From Eledone cirrhosa (Eukaryota), in NCBI GenBank assembly GCA_964016885.1, contig OZ024743.1, forward strand, positions 204,972,001-205,036,000: a DNA stretch of 64,000 nt, written 5' to 3'. Shown here piece by piece: positions 27,349 through 40,546 of the stretch (the first letter of the stretch is position 1; the number at the start of each line of letters is the position of its first letter). Both the position numbers and the translations under genes were made by a program. A model generated the notes under the pieces. It had not been told where the DNA came from, did no database searches, and was given only the letters and a program-made list of their open reading frames with translations.

Positions 27349-30300
27349 AATCCCATTAAAAACCACATTAAAAATTCAATTAAAAATCTATTTTGAAAAA
27401 CCCATTAAAAACCCCATTATAAGCTCATAAAACACTCCATTAAAACCCCAACAAAAACCCCCCATTAAAACACAATTAAAACATCATTAAGAATGCCAAT
27501 AAAAGCGCCATTAAAAACCACATTGGAAACCCATAAAAACCCAATTAAAACAAAATTAAAGTTTCCATTAAAAGTCCCCATTAAAACTCCATTAAAACAC
27601 CCATTAAACCCCCCCTCGAAAAGACATTAAAACCTCAAATTTAAACCGAAATAAAAACTCAATTAAAACGCAATTAAAAACCCAATTAAAACACCATTAA
27701 AAACACAATTAAAAGCCCATTAAACCAATTAAAATTGCATTAACACACCACTAAGGTTCCATTGGAAAACCATTAAAAATGTCATTAAAAACTACACTGA
27801 AAACCCATTAAACCCCCATTAAAAGCGCACCCAAAACTTTATAAAAAACCAAATAAAAACCCCATTAAAATACCATTAAAACTACATTAAAACTCAATTA
27901 AAAATTCCATTTAATTCTCCATTATAAACTCAATTAAAACTCCATTAAAACTCAATTAAAAACTCCATTAAAAACACACACACATGAAGTTACATGCTGG
28001 CTTGCACACTTATAGCGATTGCTATTTCCTTTTAATTTCATTAAAACTAGGATGTTTTAGAAAGATAAAAACAAAACTGAATAATGAAGAGACTAGGGAG
28101 GGGTAAAGAAAGGCAGATCAGGCTGTAGAGGACAGTAGGGGGAGAAGAGGGAAGAGACTTGGGAGGGGTAAAGAAAGGCAGATCTGGCTGTAGAGGACAG
28201 TAGGGGGAGAAGAGGGAGAAATAAACTAAATTATAAACTAAGTTATAAACTAAATTATAAACTAAATTAAAAACTCAATAAAATAAAATAAAATAAAATA
28301 AAATAAAATAAAATAAAATAAAATAAAATAAAATAAAATAAAATAAAATAAAATAAAAAATAAAATAAAATAAAATAAAATAAAATAAAATAAAATAAAA
28401 TAAAATAAAATAAAAAAAATAAAATAAAATAAAATAAAAAAAACTAAAAAATATAAATAAAATAAAATAAAATAAATAAAATAAAATAAAATAAAATAAA
28501 ATAAAATAAATAAAAATAAAATAAAATAAAAAAAATAAAAAAAAATTAAATATAAAAAATAAATAAAATAAAATAAAATAAGAACTCAATTAAAAACTCA
28601 GTAAAAACTCAATTAAAAACTCAATTAAAAACTCAATCGAAGCACCATTAAAACACCATTAAAAACTCCACTATAAACCCACTAAACCCATTAAAAACCA
28701 ATTAAAAATTCAATTACACATCCCATTAGAAATTTCATTAAAAACTCAATTAAAAGTTCCATTGAAAACACATTCAAAACCCATTAACCCCATATTAAAA
28801 GTTCATAAAACTCTATTAAAAACCCAATAACAAACCAATTAAAACGCCATTAAAACGCCACAAAACACAATAAAATGTCATAAAAACGCCATTAAAACAT
28901 CACAAAAAGCCCAATTAAAAACCATTAATAATGCCATTAAAAATTCCATAAAAATCCATTAAAAACTCCACTAAAAGCCCATTAAAAAGTTCATTAAAAG
29001 CCATATTATAAATTTCATAAAAAACAATTGAAAACCCCATTATTTATGAGCCTTTTTTATGAGTTTTTAATAGTGTTTTAATTCAGTTTTTAATTGCGTT
29101 TAAAATTGGGTTTTAATGGCTTTTTAATGGTGTTTTAATGGAATTTTAATGTGATTTTCGATGGTGTTTAATGGGTTTTTTATGGAGTTTTTAATTGGGT
29201 TTTCAATGGTGTTGTTTATGAGTTTTAAATGGGTTTTTAATGGAATTTTTGATTGCGTTTTTAATGAAATTTTTAATAGATTCAAGGATGTTTTAATGGA
29301 GTTTTTAATGGTCTTTTTAATGGCGTTTTAATTGTGTTTTTATGGTGTTTAAATGCGTTTTAATGATTTTTAATTGGGTTTTTAATGGAGTATTTTTAAT
29401 GAGCTCTTAATGGATTTTTCAATTGGATACTTAATGGGTTTTAATGGAATTTATAATAAGGGTTCTAATTGACTTTAAATATGATTTTTAATGGAGTTTT
29501 TAATGAAATTTCTAATGGTGTTTTTAATTGCGTTTCCCCCCGTGAGGGTTTTAATGGCATTTTAAATGACATTTTAATGAGTTTTTATGATGTTTTAATG
29601 GCGTTGTAATTGTTTTTTATTGGGTTTTTAATATAATTTTGTATGAGCTTTTAATGGGGGTTTTCAATGTTGTTTTTAATGGAGTGTTTAATGGAATTTT
29701 AATGGGGGTTTGATAAAAAAAATTAATTGCTTTTTAATTTAATTTTTAATGCGTTTTTGATGGTGTTTAAGTGCGTTCATGATGATCTTTTTAATGGATT
29801 TTTAATGGGGTTTTAATTGAATTTTTAATGGTGTTTTCAATGTAATTTTTAATGATAGTTTAATGGTGTTTTAATGACGTTTTAATTGTGTTTTTTATGG
29901 TGTTTTAGTGACGTTTAAATAGGATTTTTAATTGGTTTTTTAATTGAGTATTTATATGAGTTTTCACTGGTGTTTTTAATGGGTTTTTCAATATTGCATT
30001 TAATGAAATTTTTAATATGGTTTCAAATGGAATTTTTAATGTATTTTTAATTGGGTTTCTAGTGACGTTTTTAATGGTACTTTAAATGACGTTTTAATGA
30101 CTTTTATGGCGTTTTAATGGGTTTTTTAATTGGGTTTTTAATGTAGTTTTTTAAAAGATCTTTACTTGGGATTTTATGGGTTTTCAATGCGGTTTTTAAT
30201 GGTATATTAATGGAGTTTTTGGTGTGGTTGTTAATGGTATTAGTGACATTTTAATGTGTTTTTAATGGTGTTTTAAGCGAGTTTCTGATTTAGTTTAAAT

Positions 30301-32448
30301 TTAAATATTTGATGGTCCTTCTAATGGGCTTTAATGGATGTGTAATGTGTTTAATGCAATTTTAATGGGGTTTAATGGGGGTAGTAGGTTTCAATGGGTT
30401 TTAATGGAGTTTTAATGGCTAGTGCTCTTTTTTTTTAGAGTTTTTAATGGTGTTTTTAATGGTTTTTCATTGAGCTTTTAATTGCGTTTTTAATTGCGTT
30501 TTTAATCTAGTTTAAAAATTGAGTTTTAATGGGTTTTTCAATTAGGTTTTTAATGGATTTATAATGGTGTTTTTTACGGACCCTTTAATTTTTTATAATG
30601 GGTTTTCAATGCCGTTTTAATGGTGTTTTTTAATGGTATCCTTAATGACGCTTCGATAAGTTTCAATGTTATTTTAATGGGGTTTTGATTGATTTTTTAA
30701 TGGAGTTTTTTTAATGAACTTTTATTGGGGTTTTCAATCAGGTTTTTAACTGAATTTTTAATGTTTTTCAATTAGATTTTTTATGGAGTTTTTATGGACT
30801 TTTTAATGAGTTTTTAATAGTGTGCTAATTGAGTTTTCAATTACCTTTTTAATTGAGTATAAAATCGAGTTTTTACTAAGTTTTTAATGAATTTTTAATG
30901 GAATTTTAATGGGGGTTTCCAATGGACTTTTAATTGTGTTTTAATGGGGTTTTAAAATTGGTTTTTAGTTGCATTTTTCAGGGGCTTTTAATGGGGCTTA
31001 ATGGGGGTTTAATGGGGGATTTAATTGAGTTTTTAATGGAGTTTAATAGAGTTTATAATGGAGGTTTTAATGGAGTTTTTAATGAAGTTTTAATGTAGTT
31101 TTTAATGAGGTTTTTAATGACGATTTTAATGGCGTTCTTAATGGCGTTTTAATGGTATTTTATGGCATTTTAATGACGGTTGTAATGGTTTTTAATGGAG
31201 TGTTAATTGGTTATTAATTGTATTTTAATGGGTTTTATGAGCTTTTTAATGGACTTTTTAGTGGTGTTTTTAATGGAGTTTTTAATGGGTCTTTTAATGG
31301 AATTTGCAATGTAGTTTTTAATGGTGTTTTCAATTGTATTTTTAATGACGTTTTAATGGTGTTTTTTATGGCGTTTTAATAGGATTTTTAATTGGTTTTT
31401 TAAAGGACTATTATTATGGGTTTTTTATGTAATTTTATAATGGGATTTTCAGTAGGGTTTTTAATTGGATTTTTAATGGAGTTTATAATATGTTTTTTAA
31501 TTGGATTTTTAAAGAATTTATAATTGCGGTTTTAATATAGTGTTTAATGGAGTATTTAATTGGTTTTTAATGGTAATTTTAATGGAGTGTTTAATGTGTT
31601 TTTAATGGGGGAGGAGGGGGTAAAATGCAGTTTTTAATTGAGTTATCAATGGAGTTTTTAATGACATTTTTAATGACGTTTTAATAGCGTTTTATGACGT
31701 TTTAATGACGTTTTAATGGTTTTTTTATTGGGTTTTGGGAGTTTTTATGAGCTTCTAATTAGGTTTTAAATGGGGTTTTCAATGAGGTTTTTAGTGGAAT
31801 TTTTAATGGGCCTTTAATGTATTTTTAATGGGATTTTAATGTTTTTTATGGCGTTTTTAATGGTATTTTAAATGCTGTTTTAATGTTTCTTTTATGGCCT
31901 TTTAATTAGGTTTTTGATTGAGTTTTTAATGGATTTTTTTTAACGAGAATTATGAAGTTTAATGGGTTTCCAGTGTGTTTTAAATGAAGTTTTTGATAAT
32001 ATTTTTAATGGAATTTTAATGGCGGTTATGGGATTTTAATGGGTTCTGGTGGTATTTTTGTGGGTTTTAATGGGGTGTTAAATGGTTTTAGTGTTGTTTT
32101 ACTTGCGCTTTCGATTACGTTTACAATTAAGTTTTTACTGTTTTTAATTGGATTTTTAATGGATTTTAATGTGGTTTTTAATGGAATTTTAATGGTGTTT
32201 TAATATAGTTCTTAATGGGTTCCGGATGTAGCTTTTAATGGTGGTTTAGTGTGCTTTTTATTGGGTTTTTAATGAGTTTTTATGAGCTTTTCAATGGAGT
32301 TTTTAATGGTGTTTATATATATATATATATACATACATATATATGTATATATATATATTTACACATATATATGTGTATATATATATGTGTATATATATAT
32401 TTACACATATATATGTGTATATATATATTTACACATATATATGTGTAT

Positions 32449-32486
<38 letters not shown>

Positions 32487-32487
32487 T

Positions 32488-32522
<35 letters not shown>

Positions 32523-32676
32523 TATATATATATATATATATATATTAAATATATATATATATATATTAAATATATATATATATATATATATATTAAATAT
32601 ATATATATATATATATATATTAAATATATATATATATATATATATATATTAAATATATATATATATATATATATAT

Positions 32677-32721
<45 letters not shown>

Positions 32722-33311
32722 CACTTTCATGTTACACACTATATATAAACTGGGATTTATATTTTGCGTTAGTGCCATATTAAGGTGACAACGATATATT
32801 CGTATCTTAAAAAATATTTTTTTTAGATCACATTGTTCTAGATATTAAAATTATTAAATCTATTTTCAATTTGCACGAACACTTGCATATACTACATACA
32901 TACATTTATATAGACACTAACACAAATATTAGCATATACATAATTTCTTAGTCATTGAGGATGTGTTTTTATACATACATATGCATATTGCATACATACA
33001 TACATACACACATACAAGCATATACATAGACATACACACACACATATATACACACACTGTATATATATATATACATGCACACACACACACATATATATAT
33101 ACACACACACACTATATATATATATAGTGTGTGGTGTATATATATATATGTGTGTGTGTGTATGTATATATATACAGTGTGTGTATATATATGTGTGTGT
33201 ATGTGTATGTATATGCTTGTATGTGTGTATGTATGGATGCAATATGCATATGTATGTATAAAAAACACATCCTCAATTACTAAGAAAATATGTATATGCT
33301 AATATTTGTGT

Positions 33312-33343
<32 letters not shown>

Positions 33344-33406
33344 CGCACACACTATATATATATATATATATACATACACACTATATATATATATATACAC
33401 ACACAC

Positions 33407-33457
<51 letters not shown>

Positions 33458-36400
33458 AATCCCATTAAAAACCACATTAAAAATTCAATTAAAAATCTAT
33501 TTTGAAAAACCCATTAAAAACCCCATTATAAGCTCATAAAACACTCCATTAAAACCCCAACCAAACCCCCCATTAAAACACAATTAAAACATCATTAAGA
33601 ATGCCAATAAAAGCGCCATTAAAAACCACATTGGAAACCCATAAAAACCCAATTAAAACAAAATTAAAGTTTCCATTAAAAGTCCCCATTAAAACTCCAT
33701 TAAAACCCCCATTAACCCCCCCTCGAAAAGACATTAAAACCTCAAATTTAAACCGAAATAAAAACTCAATAAAAACGCAATTAAAAACTCAATTAAAACA
33801 CCATTAAAAACACAATTAAAAGCCCATTAAACCAATTAAAATTGCATTAACACACCACTAAGGTTCCATTGGAAAACCATTAAAAATGTCATTAAAAACT
33901 ACACTGAAAACCCATTAAACCCCCATTAAAAGCGCACCCAAAACTTTATAAAAAACCAAATAAAAACCCCATTAAAATACCATTAAAACGGCATAAAACA
34001 CCATTAAAACTACATTAAAACTCAATTAAAAATTCCATTTAAATCTCCATTATAAACTCAATTAAAACTCCATTAAAACTCAATTAAAAACTCCATTAAA
34101 AACACACACACATGAAGTTACATGCTGGCTTGCACACTTATAGCGATTGCTATTTCCTTTTAATTTCATTAAAACTAGGATGTTTTAGAAAGATAAAAAC
34201 AAAACTGAATAATGAAGAGACTAGGGAGGGGTAAAGAAAGGCAGATCAGGCTGTAGAGGACAGTAGGGGGAGAAGAGGGAAGAGACTTGGGAGGGGTAAA
34301 GAAAGGCAGATCTGGCTGTAGAGGACAGTAGGGGGAGAAGAGGGAGAAATAAACTAAATTATAAACTAAGTTATAAACTAAATTATAAACTAAATTAAAA
34401 ACTCAATAAAATAAAATAAAATAAAATAAAATAAAATAAAATAAAATAAAATAAAATAAAATAAAATAAAATAAAATAAAAAATAAAATAAAATAAAATA
34501 AAATAAAATAAAATAAAATAAAATAAAATAAAAAAAAATAAAATAAAATAAAATAAAAAAAACTAAAAAATATAAATAAAATAAAATAAAATAAATAAAA
34601 TAAAATAAAATAAAATAAAATAAAATAAATAAAAATAAAATAAAATAAAAAAAAATAAAAAAAAATTAAATATAAAAAATAAATAAAATAAAATAAAATA
34701 AGAACTCAATTAAAAACTCAGTAAAAACTCAATTAAAAACTCAATTAAAAACTCAATCGAAGCACCATTAAAACACCATTAAAAACTCCACTATAAACCC
34801 ACTAAACCCATTAAAAACCAATTAAAAATTCAATTACACATCCCATTAGAAATTTCATTAAAAACTCAATTAAAAGTTCCATTGAAGACACATTCAAAAC
34901 CCATTAACCCCATATTAAAAGTTCATAAAACTCTATTAAAAACCCAATAACAAACCAATTAAAACGCCATTAAAACGCCACAAAACACAATAAAATGTCA
35001 TAAAAACGCCATTAAAACATCACAAAAAGCCCAATTAAAAACCATTAATAATGCCATTAAAAATTCCATAAAAATCCATTAAAAACTCCACTAAAAGCCC
35101 ATTAAAAAGTTCATTAAAAGCCATATTATAAATTTCATAAAAAACAATTGAAAACCCCATTATTTATGAGCCTTTTTTATGAGTTTTTAATAGTGTTTTA
35201 ATTCAGTTTTTAATTGCGTTTAAAATTGGGTTTTAATGGCTTTTTAATGGTGTTTTAATGGAATTTTAATGTGATTTTCGATGGTGTTTAATGGGTTTTT
35301 TATGGAGTTTTTAATTGGGTTTTCAATGGTGTTGTTTATGAGTTTTAAATGGGTTTTTAATGGAATTTTTGATTGCGTTTTTAATGAAATTTTTAATAGA
35401 TTCAAGGATGTTTTAATGGAGTTTTTAATGGTCTTTTTAATGGCGTTTTAATTGTGTTTTTATGGTGTTTAAATGCGTTTTAATGATTTTTAATTGGGTT
35501 TTTAATGGAGTATTTTTAATGAGCTCTTAATGGATTTTTCAATTGGATACTTAATGGGTTTTAATGGAATTTATAATAAGGGTTCTAATTGACTTTAAAT
35601 ATGATTTTTAATGGAGTTTTTAATGAAATTTCTAATGGTGTTTTTAATTGCGTTTCCCCCCGTGAGGGTTTTAATGGCATTTTAAATGACATTTTAATGA
35701 GTTTTTATAATGTTTTAATGGCGTTGTAATTGTTTTTTATTGGGTTTTTAATATAATTTTGTATGAGCTTTTAATGGGGGCTTTCAATGTTGTTTTTAAT
35801 GGAGTGTTTAATGGAATTTTAATGGGGGTTTGATAAAAAAAATTAATTGCTTTTTAATTTAATTTTTAATGCGTTTTTGATGGTGTTTAAGTGCGTTCAT
35901 GATGATCTTTTTAATGGATTTTTAATGGGGTTTTAATTGAATTTTTAATGGTGTTTTCAATGTAATTTTTAATGATAGTTTAATGGTGTTTTAATGACGT
36001 TTTAATTGTGTTTTTTATGGTGTTTTAGTGACGTTTAAATAGGATTTTTAATTGGTTTTTTAATTGAGTATTTATATGAGTTTTCACTGGTGTTTTTAAT
36101 GGGTTTTTCAATATTGCATTTAATGAAATTTTTAATATGGTTTCAAATGGAATTTTTAATGTATTTTTAATTGGGTTTCTAGTGACGTTTTTAATGGTAC
36201 TTTAAATGACGTTTTAATGACTTTTATGGCGTTTTAATGGGTTTTTTAATTGGGTTTTTAATGTAGTTTTTTAAAAGATCTTTACTTGGGATTTTATGGG
36301 TTTTCAATGCGGTTTTTAATGGTATATTAATGGAGTTTTTGGTGTGGTTGTTAATGGTATTAGTGACATTTTAATGTGTTTTTAATGGTGTTTTAAGCGA

Positions 36401-38569
36401 GTTTCTGATTTAGTTTAAATTTAAATATTTGATGGTCCTTCTAATGGGCTTTAATGGATGTGTAATGTGTTTAATGCAATTTTAATGGGGTTTAATGGGG
36501 GTAGTAGGTTTCAATGGGTTTTAATGGAGTTTTAATGGCTAGTGCTCTTTTTTTTTAGAGTTTTTAATGGTGTTTTTAATGGTTTTTCATTGAGCTTTTA
36601 ATTGCGTTTTTAATTGCGTTTTTAATCTAGTTTAAAAATTGAGTTTTAATGGGTTTTTCAATTAGGTTTTTAATGGATTTATAATGGTGTTTTTTACGGA
36701 CCCTTTAATTTTTTATAATGGGTTTTCAATGCCGTTTTAATGGTGTTTTTTAATGGTATCCTTAATGACGCTTCGATAAGTTTCAATGTTATTTTAATGG
36801 GGTTTTGATTGATTTTTTAATGGAGTTTTTTTAATGAACTTTTATTGGGGTTTTCAATCAGGTTTTTAACTGAATTTTTAATGTTTTTCAATTAGATTTT
36901 TTATGGAGTTTTTATGGGCTTTTTAATGAGTTTTTAATAGTGTGCTAATTGAGTTTTCAACTACCTTTTTAATTGAGTATAAAATCGAGTTTTTACTAAG
37001 TTTTTAATGAATTTTTAATGGAATTTTAATGGGGGTTTCCAATGGACTTTTAATTGTGTTTTAATGGGGTTTTAAAATTGGTTTTTAGTTGCATTTTTCA
37101 GGGGCTTTTAATGGGGCTTAATGGGGGTTTAATGGGGGATTTAATTGAGTTTTTAATGGAGTTTAATAGAGTTTATAATGGAGGTTTTAATGGAGTTTTT
37201 AATGAAGTTTTAATGTAGTTTTTAATGAGGTTTTTAATGACGATTTTAATGGCGTTCTTAATGGCGTTTTAATGGTATTTTATGGCATTTTAATGACGGT
37301 TGTAATGGTTTTTAATGGAGTGTTAATTGGTTATTAATTGTATTTTAATGGGTTTTATGAGCTTTTTAATGGGCTTTTTAGTGATGTTTTTAATGGAGTT
37401 TTTAATGGGTCTTTTAATGGAATTTGCAATGTATTTTTTAATGGTGTTTTCAACTGTATTTTTAATGACGTTTTAATGGTGTTTTTTATGGCGTTTTAAT
37501 AGGATTTTTAATTGGTTTTTTAAAGGACTATTATTATGGGTTTTTTATGTAATTTTATAATGGGATTTTCAGTAGGGTTTTTAATTGGATTTTTAATGGA
37601 GTTTATAATATGGTTTTTAATTGGATTTTTAAAGAATTTATAATTGCGGTTTTAATATAGTGTTTAATGGAGTATTTAATTGGTTTTTAATGGTAATTTT
37701 AATGGAGTGTTTAATGTGTTTTTAATGGGGGAGGAGGGGGGTAAAATGCAGTTTTTAATTGAGTTATCAATGGAGTTTTTAATGACATTTTTAATGACGT
37801 TTTAATAGCGTTTTATGACGTTTTAATGACGTTTTAATGGTTTTTTTATTGGGTTTTGGGAGTTTTTATGAGCTTCTAATTAGGTTTTAAATGGGGTTTT
37901 CAATGAGGTTTTTAGTGGAATTTTTAATGGGCCTTTAATGTATTTTTAATGGGATTTTAATGTTTTTTATGGCGTTTTTAATGGTATTTTAAATGCTGTT
38001 TTAATGTTTCTTTTATGGCCTTTTAATTGGGTTTTTGATTGAGTTTTTAATGGATTTTTTTTAACGAGAATTATGAAGTTTAATGGGTTTCCAGTGTGTT
38101 TTAAATGAAGTTTTTGATAATATTTTTAATGGAATTTTAATGGCGGTTATGGGATTTTAATGGGTTCTGGTGGTATTTTTGTGGGTTTTAATGGGGTGTT
38201 AAATGGTTTTAGTGTTGTTTTACTTGCGCTTTCGATTACGTTTACAATTAAGTTTTTACTGTTTTTAATTGGATTTTTAATGGATTTTAATGTGGTTTTT
38301 AATGGAATTTTAATGGTGTTTTAATATAGTTCTTAATGGGTTCCGGATGTAGCTTTTAATGGTGGTTTAGTGTGCTTTTTATTGGGTTTTTAATGAGTTT
38401 TTATGAGCTTTTCAATGGAGTTTTTAATGGTGTTTATATATATATATATATACATACATATATATGTATATATATATATTTACACATATATATGTGTATA
38501 TATATATGTGTATATATATATTTACACATATATATGTGTATATATATATTTACACATATATATGTGTAT

Positions 38570-38607
<38 letters not shown>

Positions 38608-38608
38608 T

Positions 38609-38643
<35 letters not shown>

Positions 38644-38730
38644 TATATATATATATATATATATATTAAATATATATATATATATATTAAATATATATAT
38701 ATATATATTAAATATATATATATATATATA

Positions 38731-39841
38731 TGTAGATAAATCTACCAAGAGTTTACGGTAGTGTCCAATCCGTATGAAGAACTCAATGTATTCCGGATAT
38801 CATGGAAAGAAGAGATGTAATGAAAATCCAATTTCGGTGAAAGATAAACGGTATACAGAGTCAAGATAAAATATTAAACAAATAATGAACAAACAATTCC
38901 TTATATTAAACAAAAAAAGTTCACTATTTAACGATCGTTTCTAGGGCATATATGTGTTATAATTGGTATGCATATTTAACAGATCTATGTACAAAATTAT
39001 ACAAAATTATACAAATTATCAAGATTAAATATACATACCTAACTCATATATACGCCGTCTTCAGAAATAATGAAGTATATTTATTGATAATAACAACAAT
39101 TCAAAATATCAGTTCAAAATTGACCAATGAAAACACAAAGGGTTAAAAAGCAGTTTGGTGTGTGTATATACATGTAAAAACCTTACACACATTTTACAAT
39201 AATATGTGTATAATTTGTATGTGCATACTAAAAAGATGGATGCAAATAAAAAATTTCAAGGTTAATATCTCTGTAAGCTTAATGCGCTGATAAGATACGC
39301 AATGATACTTATGGAGTCAAGCATATAAATATATTTTTTTCATACTCACACATATCAGTATAATCACACATACATGTGCGTATATGTATAAATATACACA
39401 TAACCACGAACATACAAACACACACACTCCCCCACTCACATTTATATATGTGGATATAAAATCATAAGCAAATAGAAATAAAGTCACTCACATAAAACAC
39501 TGGTACACACATTTCAAGATCAAGATACAGAAATTAGGTGGGAGGGGGGGGAGGGGTCAGCATTAGATTGTCAGACCAGACAGCCTAATATAAATGTATC
39601 TATAAATTATGAAAAATAAAAAAATAAAAATAATAAAATATAATACATATAATATAATGTATATACGCATACAGATATACATACACATACATACATGTAC
39701 GCGCACATAGAGATATCTACACATACATACATACACACATACCTATACTGTCATAGACACACATACATTTACACGAACATACACATACACATATAAAAAG
39801 ATATAAATACAGACACACACACGCGCAACACATACACACAT

Positions 39842-39894
<53 letters not shown>

Positions 39895-40003
39895 TATACA
39901 CACACACATAGACTCATATATATATACATACACATACATATACTCATACACAAACATATATATTCCACACTCATACCACCATAAAAACACATACAAACAC
40001 CCA

Positions 40004-40052
<49 letters not shown>

Positions 40053-40261
40053 ACATACACACACGTACACATATATGTATATATATATACACATATACAC
40101 ACATACACACATATATATACACACACACATAAAATACAGACATGCACACACATATACATATATATATATTTCATTACTCTTATATATACACATAGTATAT
40201 ATATATACACAACCTCACTTATACATACATACACACAAGTTATATTACAATAATAATAAAG

Positions 40262-40314
<53 letters not shown>

Positions 40315-40433
40315 TACATACACGCATATACATATACATACATACATACACATACATACATACACCTAAATATATACATATATAAATACACACATACGAA
40401 TAAAGACATATATTCACACATAGACACCTATAT

Positions 40434-40474
<41 letters not shown>

Positions 40475-40515
40475 TATATACACACACATACACATACATA
40501 CACATATATATATAT

Positions 40516-40546
<31 letters not shown>

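Noticed and set aside
38952-39146. 64 aa ORF MCYNWYAY... (mirror 47768-47962)
   Set aside because: Antisense to the element and overlapping the hammerhead; no recognisable motif.
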